Below are positions 24,286-34,231 of a stretch of 47,529 bases of DNA, one piece after another; within the stretch, counting starts at the first letter, position 1, and each line of letters begins with the position of its first letter. This DNA comes from Pseudothermotoga sp. (GTDB lineage Bacteria > Thermotogota > Thermotogae > Thermotogales > DSM-5069), in assembly GCA_031962025.1 (NCBI GenBank), contig JAVRKW010000012.1. One strand, given 5' to 3'. The notes under the pieces were generated by a model, which was given only the letters and a program-made list of their open reading frames with translations, ran no database searches and had not been told where the DNA came from. The position numbers and the translations under genes are program-made.

Positions 24286-25602
24286 TGGTTTTTTCTCTCT
24301 GCCTTTGAAATTTATCTGTATGGGTGTACCTGTGAGAGGATCTATCCTTTCTCTGATCAGTCTTTGCAGAGTTCTTTTGATGTTCTCATCTGTCAGTTCT
24401 TTGTTGTTGACCTGAACAAGAAATGTTGGTGGTTTTGTTTTTGTCTGTCTGATGGAGTATATTCTGAGCTCTGATCTTGAAAGATTTGGTGAAAGTAGAG
24501 AAAGCTGCGACACGAGTTTGCTCAACTGTTCCTGAGGTATCTTTTTCGAATACGATTCATATGCCTCAAAGATAGCGTCAATCAACTGTTTCAAGCCTAT
24601 CTTTCTGGTTGCACTGGTAAAGATGAGCCGACAGAAGTTTGCAAACGGCATCTGGGTTGAGTACATTGTTTCATAATCTTTTTTTGAGATACTGCTCAGA
24701 TCGATTTTGTTCATTACACACACCATGGCTTTGCCGTTACTCAAAATCAGATCTGCTATCTTTTTGTCCTGCTGTGTTATGCCTTCTGTTGCATCCATGA
24801 CCAGTAAAACTATATCAGCCGATTCTATACTGTCGATTGTTCTGCTGACACTGAAGTACTCGATCGTTTTTTTCTGTATTCTGCTCTTTCGTCTCATACC
24901 TGCGGTATCTATAAAAGTGAATTTCTTACCGGAAAGATAAATCGTCTCGTCGATGGAATCTCTGGTTGTTCCAGGAATAGGGGTGACAGTTGATCTGTCC
25001 TGACCAATCAGCGCGTTGAATAAAGAAGATTTTCCCACATTTGGTTTTCCAACGATGGCAATATTGGGTGATAGTTCCTGCGATGGTTTTTCAAAAGCGA
25101 CACCTTCATTCTTAAGGGTTTGCGAGATTTTTTCAAGTAAATCGTCTATGTTGTTTCCATGCTGTGCCGAGACGATTACATACTCATCAAACCCGAGTCT
25201 GAGTATATCGGACATGTTCTTTTCGACTGCGGCAATATTCTCGGCTTTATTTATTACCAGTATGATCTTTTTACCCAGTTTTCTCAACTGTGTTGCTACA
25301 TACTCGTCTTCAGCGGTGATACCATTTCTTCCATCAACAACGAAAAGTATCAGATCTGCCTGTCGGAAAGTCTCGAAGGCTTTGTTTTTCATGGCAGAAA
25401 GGATTGGATCGTCAGCTTTTTCAAAGACACCACACGTGTCGTACAAAATAAAGCTGGTCTCGTCGTAAACGACGAGACCCTTTATGGAATCACGTGTGAC
25501 TCCATCAATCTTTTCGGTTATTGCTTTGCGCTTACCTATCAGCCTGTTGAAAAGCGTGGACTTTCCAACATTTGTCCTGCCGGCAATTACGACAACAGCC
25601 AT
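24283..25602 (-). CDS. der: Ribosome biogenesis GTPase Der (EngA)
   Basis: Two G domains (GRTNVGKS/DTCG/NKAE and GKPNVGKS/DTAG/NKID) plus KH-like tail. Confidence 0.96.
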   Translation of the reverse strand: MAVVVIAGRTNVGKSTLFNRLIGKRKAITEKIDGVTRDSIKGLVVYDETSFILYDTCGVFEKADDPILSAMKNKAFETFRQADLILFVVDGRNGITAEDEYVATQLRKLGKKIILVINKAENIAAVEKNMSDILRLGFDEYVIVSAQHGNNIDDLLEKISQTLKNEGVAFEKPSQELSPNIAIVGKPNVGKSSLFNALIGQDRSTVTPIPGTTRDSIDETIYLSGKKFTFIDTAGMRRKSRIQKKTIEYFSVSRTIDSIESADIVLLVMDATEGITQQDKKIADLILSNGKAMVCVMNKIDLSSISKKDYETMYSTQMPFANFCRLIFTSATRKIGLKQLIDAIFEAYESYSKKIPQEQLSKLVSQLSLLSPNLSRSELRIYSIRQTKTKPPTFLVQVNNKELTDENIKRTLQRLIRERIDPLTGTPIQINFKGREKKP

Positions 25603-27221
25603 CAGCCTTTCATCCTATCACCAAGTGTTCTGTAATTTTGCTTGTCGTTTATCTTGCTTTTATATTCTTCGTATGCTCTTTTTTCCTCGAGTTTCTTCTG
25701 GCTGACCAGTACCTTTCTTCTTTCCGGGATCAATCTCAAAACGAGTACTTCCAGTTCGTCTCCCTCTTTGACGTTCTCATTGGCATGTCCTGAAGGCATC
25801 AATCCTTCGACTGAAAAATCTTGCAAAAGCACTATGAATCCGGAATTTACTTTCGATTTTACTGTTGCCTTTACAACGGAACCCTCAGTCAGTTTTGTCA
25901 GGACTTCTTCCCATGGATCTGGTAATAGCTGTTTTATACTCAGTCTCATTCGTCTTTGCTGCGGATCGATTGACAGGATCTTGACTTCAACTTTCTGTTT
26001 TTCTTTGAAAAGTTCAGATGGATCCTTTATTTTGTTCCAGGACAGCTCTGATTTTGGCACAAAACCACTGACTCCATCTTCTATTTCAACTATAATCCCG
26101 GTTGACAGGATTCTCTGTACAACTCCACTCACAACACTTCCTTCAGAGTACTTCTGGTTTATGTTTTCCCACGGGTCTCCTTTTGCTTTTTTGTAACTGA
26201 GCGATATTCTGCGCTTCTGAGAGTCCAGTTCAACAACCTCTGCCTGAACAAGCTGTCCAACTTTGAAATACTTGTGCAGATCGGTTTTTTTACTACCCCA
26301 GAAAATTTCAGAGATGTGTATCAGACCATCGATGCCAGGCTCGAGATTCACGAAAACTCCAAATGGCATGATGCTTTTCACAGTACCCTGAACAGTTGTT
26401 CCAGCCGGGTATTTTTCCATTACCTTTGACCATGGATCTGGCTCTAATGCTTTTAAACTCACGGTTATCGACGATTTTGCTTGATCGATTTCGATTATTT
26501 TGACTTTTACCTTTTCTCCTTTTTTGAGCACGTCTTTCACAGAAAGTGATGGATCATGAGAGATTTCCGATTTTGGCAGGAAGGCTTTGACTGCTCCAAG
26601 GTCGATTATTGCATGTGTGTCATTGATCTGCTCGACAATGCCCTCAACCTCATCTGAGACTTTGTGTGTTTTGAAAAATTCTTCTTTCATCTGATCTATC
26701 AAGGCTTTTCGAGAAACTACTATTCTCTGCCTTTTGCGATCTGCAAAATATTCTATGATCAGAAAGTCCATTTCTTTTTCTTCGACCGGCTGATCTTTTC
26801 TGAGCATGGAATGCGATCCGGGCAGGAAGGCATCAAAAACTTCAAAGATCGTAACCTGATAGCCACCGGGTACCACACGTGTTATCTTACCCTTGATTGG
26901 CGTCTTTGATTCATAAGCTTTCTTTAAAAGATTTCTCATATCTCTTGCAAAAGGTCTTCTTTCAGAGAGAATCGCATATCCTTCTTCGTCGTTGATTTTT
27001 AGGATCTGGGTCTTGATCTTTTGACCAACTGTGTAGTTCGTGACCGGATGAACCAGTTCATTCTGAGGAATTATTCCCTCGCCTTTGCCACCAAAATCGA
27101 CTGATATACCTTCGGCTGGATTTATTCTTGTTACTGTTGCTTCCACAACCTGACCCGGTGTGTTCTCGACAAAATCCAGATACTCCTGGAAGTTCTCCAT
27201 CTTTTCGTCTTTCTCACTCAT
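25602..27221 (-). CDS. rpsA: 30S ribosomal protein S1
   Basis: Multiple S1 repeats (FGVFVNLEPGIDGLIHISEI); position in cmk-ispH-rpsA-der order. Confidence 0.92.
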   Translation of the reverse strand: MSEKDEKMENFQEYLDFVENTPGQVVEATVTRINPAEGISVDFGGKGEGIIPQNELVHPVTNYTVGQKIKTQILKINDEEGYAILSERRPFARDMRNLLKKAYESKTPIKGKITRVVPGGYQVTIFEVFDAFLPGSHSMLRKDQPVEEKEMDFLIIEYFADRKRQRIVVSRKALIDQMKEEFFKTHKVSDEVEGIVEQINDTHAIIDLGAVKAFLPKSEISHDPSLSVKDVLKKGEKVKVKIIEIDQAKSSITVSLKALEPDPWSKVMEKYPAGTTVQGTVKSIMPFGVFVNLEPGIDGLIHISEIFWGSKKTDLHKYFKVGQLVQAEVVELDSQKRRISLSYKKAKGDPWENINQKYSEGSVVSGVVQRILSTGIIVEIEDGVSGFVPKSELSWNKIKDPSELFKEKQKVEVKILSIDPQQRRMRLSIKQLLPDPWEEVLTKLTEGSVVKATVKSKVNSGFIVLLQDFSVEGLMPSGHANENVKEGDELEVLVLRLIPERRKVLVSQKKLEEKRAYEEYKSKINDKQNYRTLGDRMKG

Positions 27222-28051
27222 TTCTTTTCCCTCCTATTGAGAATTTTTTCGGTGAGTATTTTTACATCTTCTTGGGGTGTTGAAGTGCCGGTAACAATAC
27301 CTATTGTTTTTATATCACTTAAATCTATTTGATCAACTTCAGATGGCTCTTCTATATGTAAAGTTTTTGTTAATTGCGAAGCTATTTTTGCAAGCTTGGA
27401 AGTATTCGAACTGTTTTTACCACCAAGGACAATCACCAGATCGCTATTTTGTGCTATTACTCGCGTTTGAGATTCTCTTTTTGCAGTTATACTGCATATA
27501 GTGTTGATCACTCTGAGTTCTTTAAAACTGGAAATCTCAATCGATCTTTCCACGAATTTATGAAATTCGTCTACTGACATCGTTGTCTGAGATAGAACAC
27601 AGCTTTTTTCATTCAGGGGAATTGGCTCAACTGTTACTGTGGCTTGCGGTACATAGCCAAGCAGAGCAACCATCTCTGGATGGTCTTTTTTTCCAAACAC
27701 CGTGATTTTATAACCCTGTTTTTGCATCTGCTGAGCCGTTTTGAAAAGACTCATCACAATGGGACATGTTGTGTCTACAACGGTTTTGAAGGTCTTTTTA
27801 ACCTGTTCAAGCAGATCTTTTGGAACACCATGTGCACGTATCACCAAAACAGAGTCTTTTGCATCCTGCGGAATGTCCTGCTGTATCACCACAACGCCCT
27901 TTTGTTCAAGTGATCTGGCAACTGATTTGTTATGAACAACATCGCCGAGTGTATATATCTTTTCATGATTTGCGATTTTTGAATTGATCATCTTCAATGC
28001 CCGCTGTACACCAAAGCAAAAACCGACATCCTCAGCAACAATTACTTTCAC
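27218..28051 (-). CDS. ispH: 4-hydroxy-3-methylbut-2-enyl diphosphate reductase
   Basis: GFCFGV.RA, VHN, AHG, DTTCP, QTT, NTIC, SSNT, TSTP; GTG start 28051. Confidence 0.95.
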   Translation of the reverse strand: MKVIVAEDVGFCFGVQRALKMINSKIANHEKIYTLGDVVHNKSVARSLEQKGVVVIQQDIPQDAKDSVLVIRAHGVPKDLLEQVKKTFKTVVDTTCPIVMSLFKTAQQMQKQGYKITVFGKKDHPEMVALLGYVPQATVTVEPIPLNEKSCVLSQTTMSVDEFHKFVERSIEISSFKELRVINTICSITAKRESQTRVIAQNSDLVIVLGGKNSSNTSKLAKIASQLTKTLHIEEPSEVDQIDLSDIKTIGIVTGTSTPQEDVKILTEKILNRREKK

Positions 28052-28703
28052 AAGCCATCCTCCTGAGCGCAATCTGGCAGATTTCTTCCGTTACCTGTTC
28101 GATGCTCTTGTCTGTCGTATCGATGATTATAGCATCTTCAGCGGGTTTCATCGGAGCGATGGATCTTTTTGAGTCCTGCTCATCCCTGAGCCTTATTTGA
28201 TCTGCGACTTGCTCAAATGTCAGATTTATTCCTTTTTCACGCAATTCTCTGAGCCTTCTTCTCACCCTTTCCTCAAATGAAGCGGTCAGAAAAATCTTGA
28301 CCTGTGCATGTGGAAGAACAACTGTTCCTATATCTCTTCCTTCGACAACAAACATACCGCCTTTGCATATATCTTTTTGAAGCTGGGTCAATTTTGAACG
28401 CACAGTCTGATTAACGGCAAAATCTGAGGCAAGCTTTCCAGCCTGAGCCGATCTTATTTGCTCAGAAACTTTTGTGCCATTTAAATACAGTTCACCGTCT
28501 TTGTAATTCAATTTTATGTGATCAAGTGCATCAGACAGATCATCTGAAGGCGAAAGATTTTTTGAATGCAAATACAGAGCCACTGCTCTGTACATGGCTC
28601 CTGTATCCAGGTAGTTCATTTTGAGTTTTTCCGCAACAAGCTTTGCGACGGTGGATTTCCCAGAACCTGCAGGTCCATCTATGGCAATCAGAAACTCTTT
28701 CAA
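28032..28703 (-). CDS. cmk: Cytidylate kinase
   Basis: IAIDGPAGSGKST, DTGAMYRA, EGRDIGTVV; TTG start 28703. Confidence 0.96.
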   Translation of the reverse strand: MKEFLIAIDGPAGSGKSTVAKLVAEKLKMNYLDTGAMYRAVALYLHSKNLSPSDDLSDALDHIKLNYKDGELYLNGTKVSEQIRSAQAGKLASDFAVNQTVRSKLTQLQKDICKGGMFVVEGRDIGTVVLPHAQVKIFLTASFEERVRRRLRELREKGINLTFEQVADQIRLRDEQDSKRSIAPMKPAEDAIIIDTTDKSIEQVTEEICQIALRRMACESNCC

Positions 28704-28704
28704 T

Positions 28705-29043
28705 TCAAGCCTCCTCCACAACATCGACGATCTTGAAAACTTTGTCCAGCCTTGTCATTTCAAAGATTCGTTTCACATTCTGTCTGAGCGAAGCCAGTAC
28801 AAGTTCTTTTTGGAGGTTTCTTACATCCTTCAAAATCGAAACCATTGTGCCAAGACCGGCACTATCGATGTAAGGAACATTTGACATGTCCAAAACTATC
28901 TTGGTGTCTTTTGATTTTTCAAGTTGTTCCTTGATGGCTTTTTTGATCTCAGCCGAATGATATGCGTCGAAGTCTCCGTCGATTTTGCAAATCAGTTTTG
29001 ACTGCGCCTGTTCAAATTTAACAACCACATCGTTCATCATCAA
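28705..29043 (-). CDS. STAS-domain anti-sigma factor antagonist
   Basis: LDMSNVPYIDSAGLG. Confidence 0.92.
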   Translation of the reverse strand: MMMNDVVVKFEQAQSKLICKIDGDFDAYHSAEIKKAIKEQLEKSKDTKIVLDMSNVPYIDSAGLGTMVSILKDVRNLQKELVLASLRQNVKRIFEMTRLDKVFKIVDVVEEA

Positions 29044-30788
29044 TCGCCTCCAAGTTTTATTTTGAGTTCCTTCAATTGTTTTTCACTGACAACGTCTGGT
29101 GCACCTGTGAGCGGACAAACTCCGCTTGAAGTTTTTGGGAATGCTATTACGTCTCTAATCGAAGAAACGCCACAAATTATTGCCACCAGTCTGTCCAAGC
29201 CAAGAGCTATACCACCGTGAGGTGGCGCACCGTACTGAAATGCTTCCAGCAAAAATCCAAATTTTATTTTAATCTCTTCTTCGGACAACTGCATGAGTTT
29301 GAAGACTTCTCTTTGAAGCTCCGCATTATGAATTCTAACACTTCCAGACCCAACTTCAAAACCGTTTATCACAATATCATAAGACTGTGCTCTGATCCTC
29401 GAAAGATCGCTGTCTTTGTATTTTTCAAGGTCCTCTAAATTCGGCATGGTAAACGGATGATGCTGTGCAACGAATCTGTTTTCTTCCTCGCTGTATTCAA
29501 ACATTGGAAAGTCTATCACCCAGAAAATGTCAAAACCAGTTTTCAGATGAGAAAAGAATCTTTCGCCAAAAATTTTCCTGATTTCACCCAGTACAATATT
29601 CACTTCACTGTTTTTACCAACTGCGAGGATGCAGACGTCTTTTGGCTGCAGCGAAAATTTCTTCACGATTTGCTTGTAATTTTTTTCAAGATGCTTTAAA
29701 GCTGAACCGCGCAGTGCATCTTTATTATCGACTGCAAACCACAAAATTCCGCCAAGACCAAGTGATCTGGCAACTTCATCCAGTTCATCTGCGAGTTTCC
29801 TTGTCATTTTGTCCGAGAAATCCTTTATTGTAAAACACTTCACAACACCGTTCTGCATTATGGCATTTGATACAACATGGTACTCTGAATCCGTAAAGCA
29901 GTCACTCACATCTTTGAATTCCATGCCTATTCTTCGGTCGGGTTTATCTGAACCGTAGGTGTTCATACAGTAATCATAAGTGAGGTGATCCAGTTTTTCA
30001 GCAAGTTCAACGCCCAGTACCTGTTTAAAGACATACCTGAGCATATTCTCGGTTATCTGCAATACATCTTCTCTGGTGATGAAAGACATTTCTATATCGA
30101 TTTGAGTGAATTCTGGTTGCCTGTCGGCTCTGAGATCTTCATCGCGAAAACATCTCACGATTTGAAAGTATCTGTCCAGGTTGCTTATCATCAGAAGCTG
30201 TTTAAAAAGCTGTGGAGATTGAGGCAAGGCATAGAATGTACCGGGTTTGAGCCTTGATGGCACCAGAAAGTCTCTTGCACCTTCTGGAGTACTTTTTGTC
30301 AAAAACGGAGTCTCGACTTCTATAAAACCCTGCGAAGAAAGATAGTTTCTCACAGCCTGAGCAACTTTATGCCTCGTTATTATCCTGTCCATGGCTTCTT
30401 TTCTTCTCAGGTCAATGTAACGGTACTTCAACCTGACATCTTCTGAAGGCAGCTTTGTTTCACCGGGATAGAATGGAAGGTCTCTGATTGGAGATGAAAA
30501 AACGGTTATCTTTTCAGCTACCACTTCTATCTCACCGGTTGGAAGTTCTCTGTTGACTGTTTCTTTTGGTCTTTCTCTGACGATGCCCTCAATCTGGACA
30601 ACAGATTCTCTGCGAAGTTCTGTTTGATTCTGTGAAGAAAAAACAACTTGAGTTATGCCATACCTGTCTCTGAGCATTATGAATTTCACACCACCAAGGT
30701 CTCTGATTCTGTCAACCCATCCTGCCAGAACGACCTTTTTCCCGACATCCTCAATTCTAAGCTCACCGCATGTGTGTGTTCTGAGCAT
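29040..30788 (-). CDS. aspS: Aspartate-tRNA ligase
   Basis: RTHTCGEL, STPEGARDF, FRDEDLRADRQPEF, PPHGGIALGLDR. Confidence 0.97.
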   Translation of the reverse strand: MLRTHTCGELRIEDVGKKVVLAGWVDRIRDLGGVKFIMLRDRYGITQVVFSSQNQTELRRESVVQIEGIVRERPKETVNRELPTGEIEVVAEKITVFSSPIRDLPFYPGETKLPSEDVRLKYRYIDLRRKEAMDRIITRHKVAQAVRNYLSSQGFIEVETPFLTKSTPEGARDFLVPSRLKPGTFYALPQSPQLFKQLLMISNLDRYFQIVRCFRDEDLRADRQPEFTQIDIEMSFITREDVLQITENMLRYVFKQVLGVELAEKLDHLTYDYCMNTYGSDKPDRRIGMEFKDVSDCFTDSEYHVVSNAIMQNGVVKCFTIKDFSDKMTRKLADELDEVARSLGLGGILWFAVDNKDALRGSALKHLEKNYKQIVKKFSLQPKDVCILAVGKNSEVNIVLGEIRKIFGERFFSHLKTGFDIFWVIDFPMFEYSEEENRFVAQHHPFTMPNLEDLEKYKDSDLSRIRAQSYDIVINGFEVGSGSVRIHNAELQREVFKLMQLSEEEIKIKFGFLLEAFQYGAPPHGGIALGLDRLVAIICGVSSIRDVIAFPKTSSGVCPLTGAPDVVSEKQLKELKIKLGGD

Positions 30789-30888
30789 TTTTCATCCTCC
30801 TATTTTCCTTGAATACTATATCACTGTTCTTGAGAATAATATATCACGCCTTGGTGGTATACAATTAAAAAAAGAAGGAGGTGTCTGT

Positions 30889-32574
30889 GTGAAGTTTTCA
30901 CAGTTTGAGTACAAAAGGCCAGATCTGAGCACAGTTGAAAGTGAATTCAAAGAATATGTCGAGCAGTTGAGAAAGGCAGAAAACGTCGAAAAAGCAAAAG
31001 AATGTGTTAAAAAAATCAACAGGATCAGGGAAGATTTTTCCACATCATCGTCTATCTGTACGATTCGTTTTTGCATGAACACAAAAGACCAGTTCTACAA
31101 AAAAGAGAAAGATTACTTTGACAGTGCAAGTCCTGTTATGGAAGGTCTTGTCAGTGATTATTACAGAGCGCTTATAACATCCAGATTCAAAGATGAACTT
31201 GAGAAAATATTCGGTGAACAGCTTTTCAACATCGCAAATCTTTCAATCAAAACTTTTAAACCAGAGATTTTACAAGATCTTGTGCAGGAAAATAAACTTG
31301 CAACCGAGTATGCTGAACTCGTTTCGTCTGCTCAGATTCAATTCAACGGGAAAAAATTGACGATTCCTCAGTTGCGTGCGTTTATGATTTCTCCAGATCG
31401 TAACGTACGAAAAGAAGCTGCGCAGGCGCTTTATTCTTTTTTTGCATCGAATCAAGAGAAATCCGATGAAATATACGATCAATTGGTGAAGCTCAGGACA
31501 AAAATAGCTCAAAAACTCGGTTATGATTCTTTTACCCAGCTTGGGTATGACAGGCTCAACCGTTCAGATTACGATCAAAAGATGGTGAAAAATCTGAGAG
31601 AAGCCATCAAAAAACATGTGGTTCCGGCTGTTACTAAGCTCCGTGAAAAACAGGCTGAACAGCTCGGTCTGGACAAACTCAAATACTACGATCTTTCTGT
31701 AATTCTAAAGGAAGGTAATCCAAGACCGCGCGGCACTGAAGATGAGATCGTCCTGAAGGCTAAGAAAATGTACGAAGAAATGTCCAGTGAAACGGCTGAG
31801 TTCTTCAATTTCATGCTCGAAAATGATCTGTTAGATCTGAAAAGCCGTGACGGCAAGTACCCCGGAGGATTTTGCGATTTTGTGGCAAATTACAAATCTC
31901 CTTTTATCTTTGCCAATTTCAATGGAACCGAACACGATGTTGAAGTATTGACTCACGAAGCCGGGCACGCATTTGAAGTCTACAGGAGCAGGAATTTCGA
32001 TATTCCGGAGTATCACTGGCCCACACTTGAAGCCTGTGAGATACACTCGATGAGTATGGAATTTTTTGCATGGCCCTGGATGGAGTATTTCTATCAAGAG
32101 CAGGCAGAAAAAGCAAGACTTGTTCATCTGTGGGGTGCGTTGAATTTCATACCGTACGGGACATGTGTGGATGAATTTCAGCACCGTGTTTATGAAAATC
32201 CAAATATGACCCCAAAAGAAAGAAGAAGGCTCTGGCGTGAAATAGAAAAAACCTACATGCCAGAGATCGATTACGATGGCAATGAATTTCTCGAAAATGG
32301 TGGCAGATGGCATCAACAGGGACACATTTTTGAAAACCCATTTTACTACATAGACTATGTCCTTGCTCAGATCTGTGCGTTTCAGTTCTGGATGAGATCT
32401 ATTGACGATAGAGAAAAGGCTTTCAGAGAATATGTGAAACTCTGTGACATGGGTGGAAGCCTTTCTTTCACCAAACTCTTGAATGTCGCCGGACTATCTT
32501 CACCATTTGAGGAAAAAACAATCGAATCGGTGGCAAAATCTGTCTCAAACTGGATCAATTCACATGCACAGTAG
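30889..32574 (+). CDS. M3 family oligoendopeptidase
   Basis: HEAGH zinc motif, EIHSMSME, FYYIDY; real start GTG 30889 after AGGAGG. Confidence 0.93.
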   Translation: MKFSQFEYKRPDLSTVESEFKEYVEQLRKAENVEKAKECVKKINRIREDFSTSSSICTIRFCMNTKDQFYKKEKDYFDSASPVMEGLVSDYYRALITSRFKDELEKIFGEQLFNIANLSIKTFKPEILQDLVQENKLATEYAELVSSAQIQFNGKKLTIPQLRAFMISPDRNVRKEAAQALYSFFASNQEKSDEIYDQLVKLRTKIAQKLGYDSFTQLGYDRLNRSDYDQKMVKNLREAIKKHVVPAVTKLREKQAEQLGLDKLKYYDLSVILKEGNPRPRGTEDEIVLKAKKMYEEMSSETAEFFNFMLENDLLDLKSRDGKYPGGFCDFVANYKSPFIFANFNGTEHDVEVLTHEAGHAFEVYRSRNFDIPEYHWPTLEACEIHSMSMEFFAWPWMEYFYQEQAEKARLVHLWGALNFIPYGTCVDEFQHRVYENPNMTPKERRRLWREIEKTYMPEIDYDGNEFLENGGRWHQQGHIFENPFYYIDYVLAQICAFQFWMRSIDDREKAFREYVKLCDMGGSLSFTKLLNVAGLSSPFEEKTIESVAKSVSNWINSHAQ

Positions 32575-33240
32575 TGAGTAGAGTTCATCAAAGTCTTTCA
32601 CGGTTTGAAAATCATCGCCTTTATTGGCGCCGGATGGATCAAAAAGTATGAAATCCACTCCGGCGTTTTTTGATGCCTGATAATCTGTTACAAGATCATC
32701 TCCAACGTAGACTGAATCTCTCAGGCTCACACCGCTCATTTGAGAAGCCTTTATGAACATCGAAGGATCGGGTTTTGGCTTTCCAGCTTGATCAGAAGTG
32801 AGAATGAATTCGACAAATCTTTCAAGCCTGAGCAATCTTGCTCTACCTTTTTGGACCTTTTCAACTCCATTGGTCAATACAGCCATTCTCTGGCACTTTT
32901 TCTTCATTTTCTCAAGAAACTCCTGTGCACCTGCCATGAAATATGCGGTGTTGGATAATTTTTCAAGATATTTTTCAGCGATCACATCAGCTTGAAGATC
33001 GCATGCACCTATTTTTTCAAGAAACTCATTGAACCTTGCCACAACTATGTATTCCTTGGTGTACAACCCATTTGAGAAAGCCTGCCACCACTTTTTGTTT
33101 ATCTGGATGTATAAATCGATCTGCTCGTTATTGATCTGGTATCCATATTCTGACATCACAGATTGCAGTGCTTCTTTTTCTGATCGAGAAAAATCGAGCA
33201 ATGTGTTATCCAAATCAAAATAGACCATTTCATATTTCAC
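32560..33240 (-). CDS. HAD-IA (YjjG-like) nucleotidase/phosphatase
   Basis: FDLDNTLLDF, LTNG, KPDP, VGDD...D; GTG start 33240. Confidence 0.88.
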   Translation of the reverse strand: MKYEMVYFDLDNTLLDFSRSEKEALQSVMSEYGYQINNEQIDLYIQINKKWWQAFSNGLYTKEYIVVARFNEFLEKIGACDLQADVIAEKYLEKLSNTAYFMAGAQEFLEKMKKKCQRMAVLTNGVEKVQKGRARLLRLERFVEFILTSDQAGKPKPDPSMFIKASQMSGVSLRDSVYVGDDLVTDYQASKNAGVDFILFDPSGANKGDDFQTVKDFDELYSLLCM

Positions 33241-34231
33241 TGTTTTTTTCACCCTCAACTATTTTGAGTATTGTATCCCAGGTTTTTCGCGGATCATCAG
33301 GTGATATACTGCTTATGTGTTCACACGCATAAACTCCCCAGAACAGCACTTTATCTATTCTGTGTTCTTTCATCACCTGAAAGCCTTCGAAAAGTTCTTT
33401 TTCTCTACCCTTTGGTACCTTGAACCCCTCAAGCCACATATGGTTTGTCTTGGAGTATTTTTGCGAAAGTTTTTTGATATTTTCTGCCGCATCTTCGACA
33501 AAAGGATTCACCGATAGTCCAAAGGCAAACCAGTATGGATCTGTGCCGATATCGTCTATCGATGGCAGTTTTGCAATACTTTCAAAGTCTCTGATACCAA
33601 AAAGATCTGTTTCAAAAGGTAAAAAGCACACAATATTTTTCAAACCTATCGTCTTTGCGTACTCGCTCATCTGTTTGAAGAATTCTATTGCCGTTTCATT
33701 TCTAAAGTCTGAGATATCTTGATTATACTCGATCGGCATCTGATAGCCGTACTTCTTTTCAAAGGCTGTTTTGCATCTTTCACATCTGCAGGTCCATTGC
33801 TGTGGAAAATTTGTGATCGGCGTTGGAATATGAAAATGCGGCTCATCCCAGAATATTGCATCAAATCCAGCTTCTTTCACGTTATCGATCCACTGTTTCA
33901 TGTACTCTTTAAAAACTTCAGACCTCAAACAAACTGACCCTTTCAATTTTCCATCGTTACCCACCTGAGCCTCATCCATGTTGTTCTGAAGAAAACCGCT
34001 GAAAGCCTCTCCTCCAAACACCCCACCCCATCCCCACGGATCAGCCCATATTTCAAACCCCATGTCTTTGCTCATCTGAGCAATATCGCTCATGGTTTTT
34101 TTGTAAAATCTGAAATCATTTTCACTGTATGTATGCACCAAAATACTGAAACCAGCATCTTTGAGCATTCGAAGGTCTTTTTCAACATACCACGGCATCC
34201 TGTTTCCAAAATAACTTATGCCAAATCTCAT
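33230..34231 (-). CDS. Uncharacterised TIM-barrel glycoside-hydrolase-like protein
   Basis: GFDAIFWDEPH, Cys cluster CRCERC, TDPYW and WLEGF, reminiscent of GH-A clan/GH42-like catalytic domains. Confidence 0.6.
   Translation of the reverse strand: MRFGISYFGNRMPWYVEKDLRMLKDAGFSILVHTYSENDFRFYKKTMSDIAQMSKDMGFEIWADPWGWGGVFGGEAFSGFLQNNMDEAQVGNDGKLKGSVCLRSEVFKEYMKQWIDNVKEAGFDAIFWDEPHFHIPTPITNFPQQWTCRCERCKTAFEKKYGYQMPIEYNQDISDFRNETAIEFFKQMSEYAKTIGLKNIVCFLPFETDLFGIRDFESIAKLPSIDDIGTDPYWFAFGLSVNPFVEDAAENIKKLSQKYSKTNHMWLEGFKVPKGREKELFEGFQVMKEHRIDKVLFWGVYACEHISSISPDDPRKTWDTILKIVEGEKNSEI

Noticed and set aside
25602..28051. IspH-S1 fusion or frameshift
   Set aside because: Two complete ORFs in different frames with a normal ATGA overlap and an own SD for rpsA.
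30655..30888. N-terminal extensions in the ORF track (M3 peptidase; also tatD, SpoIIE, hflK, ROK, permease)
   Set aside because: They overlap neighbouring genes or promoters; internal starts with good SDs fit the family N-termini.
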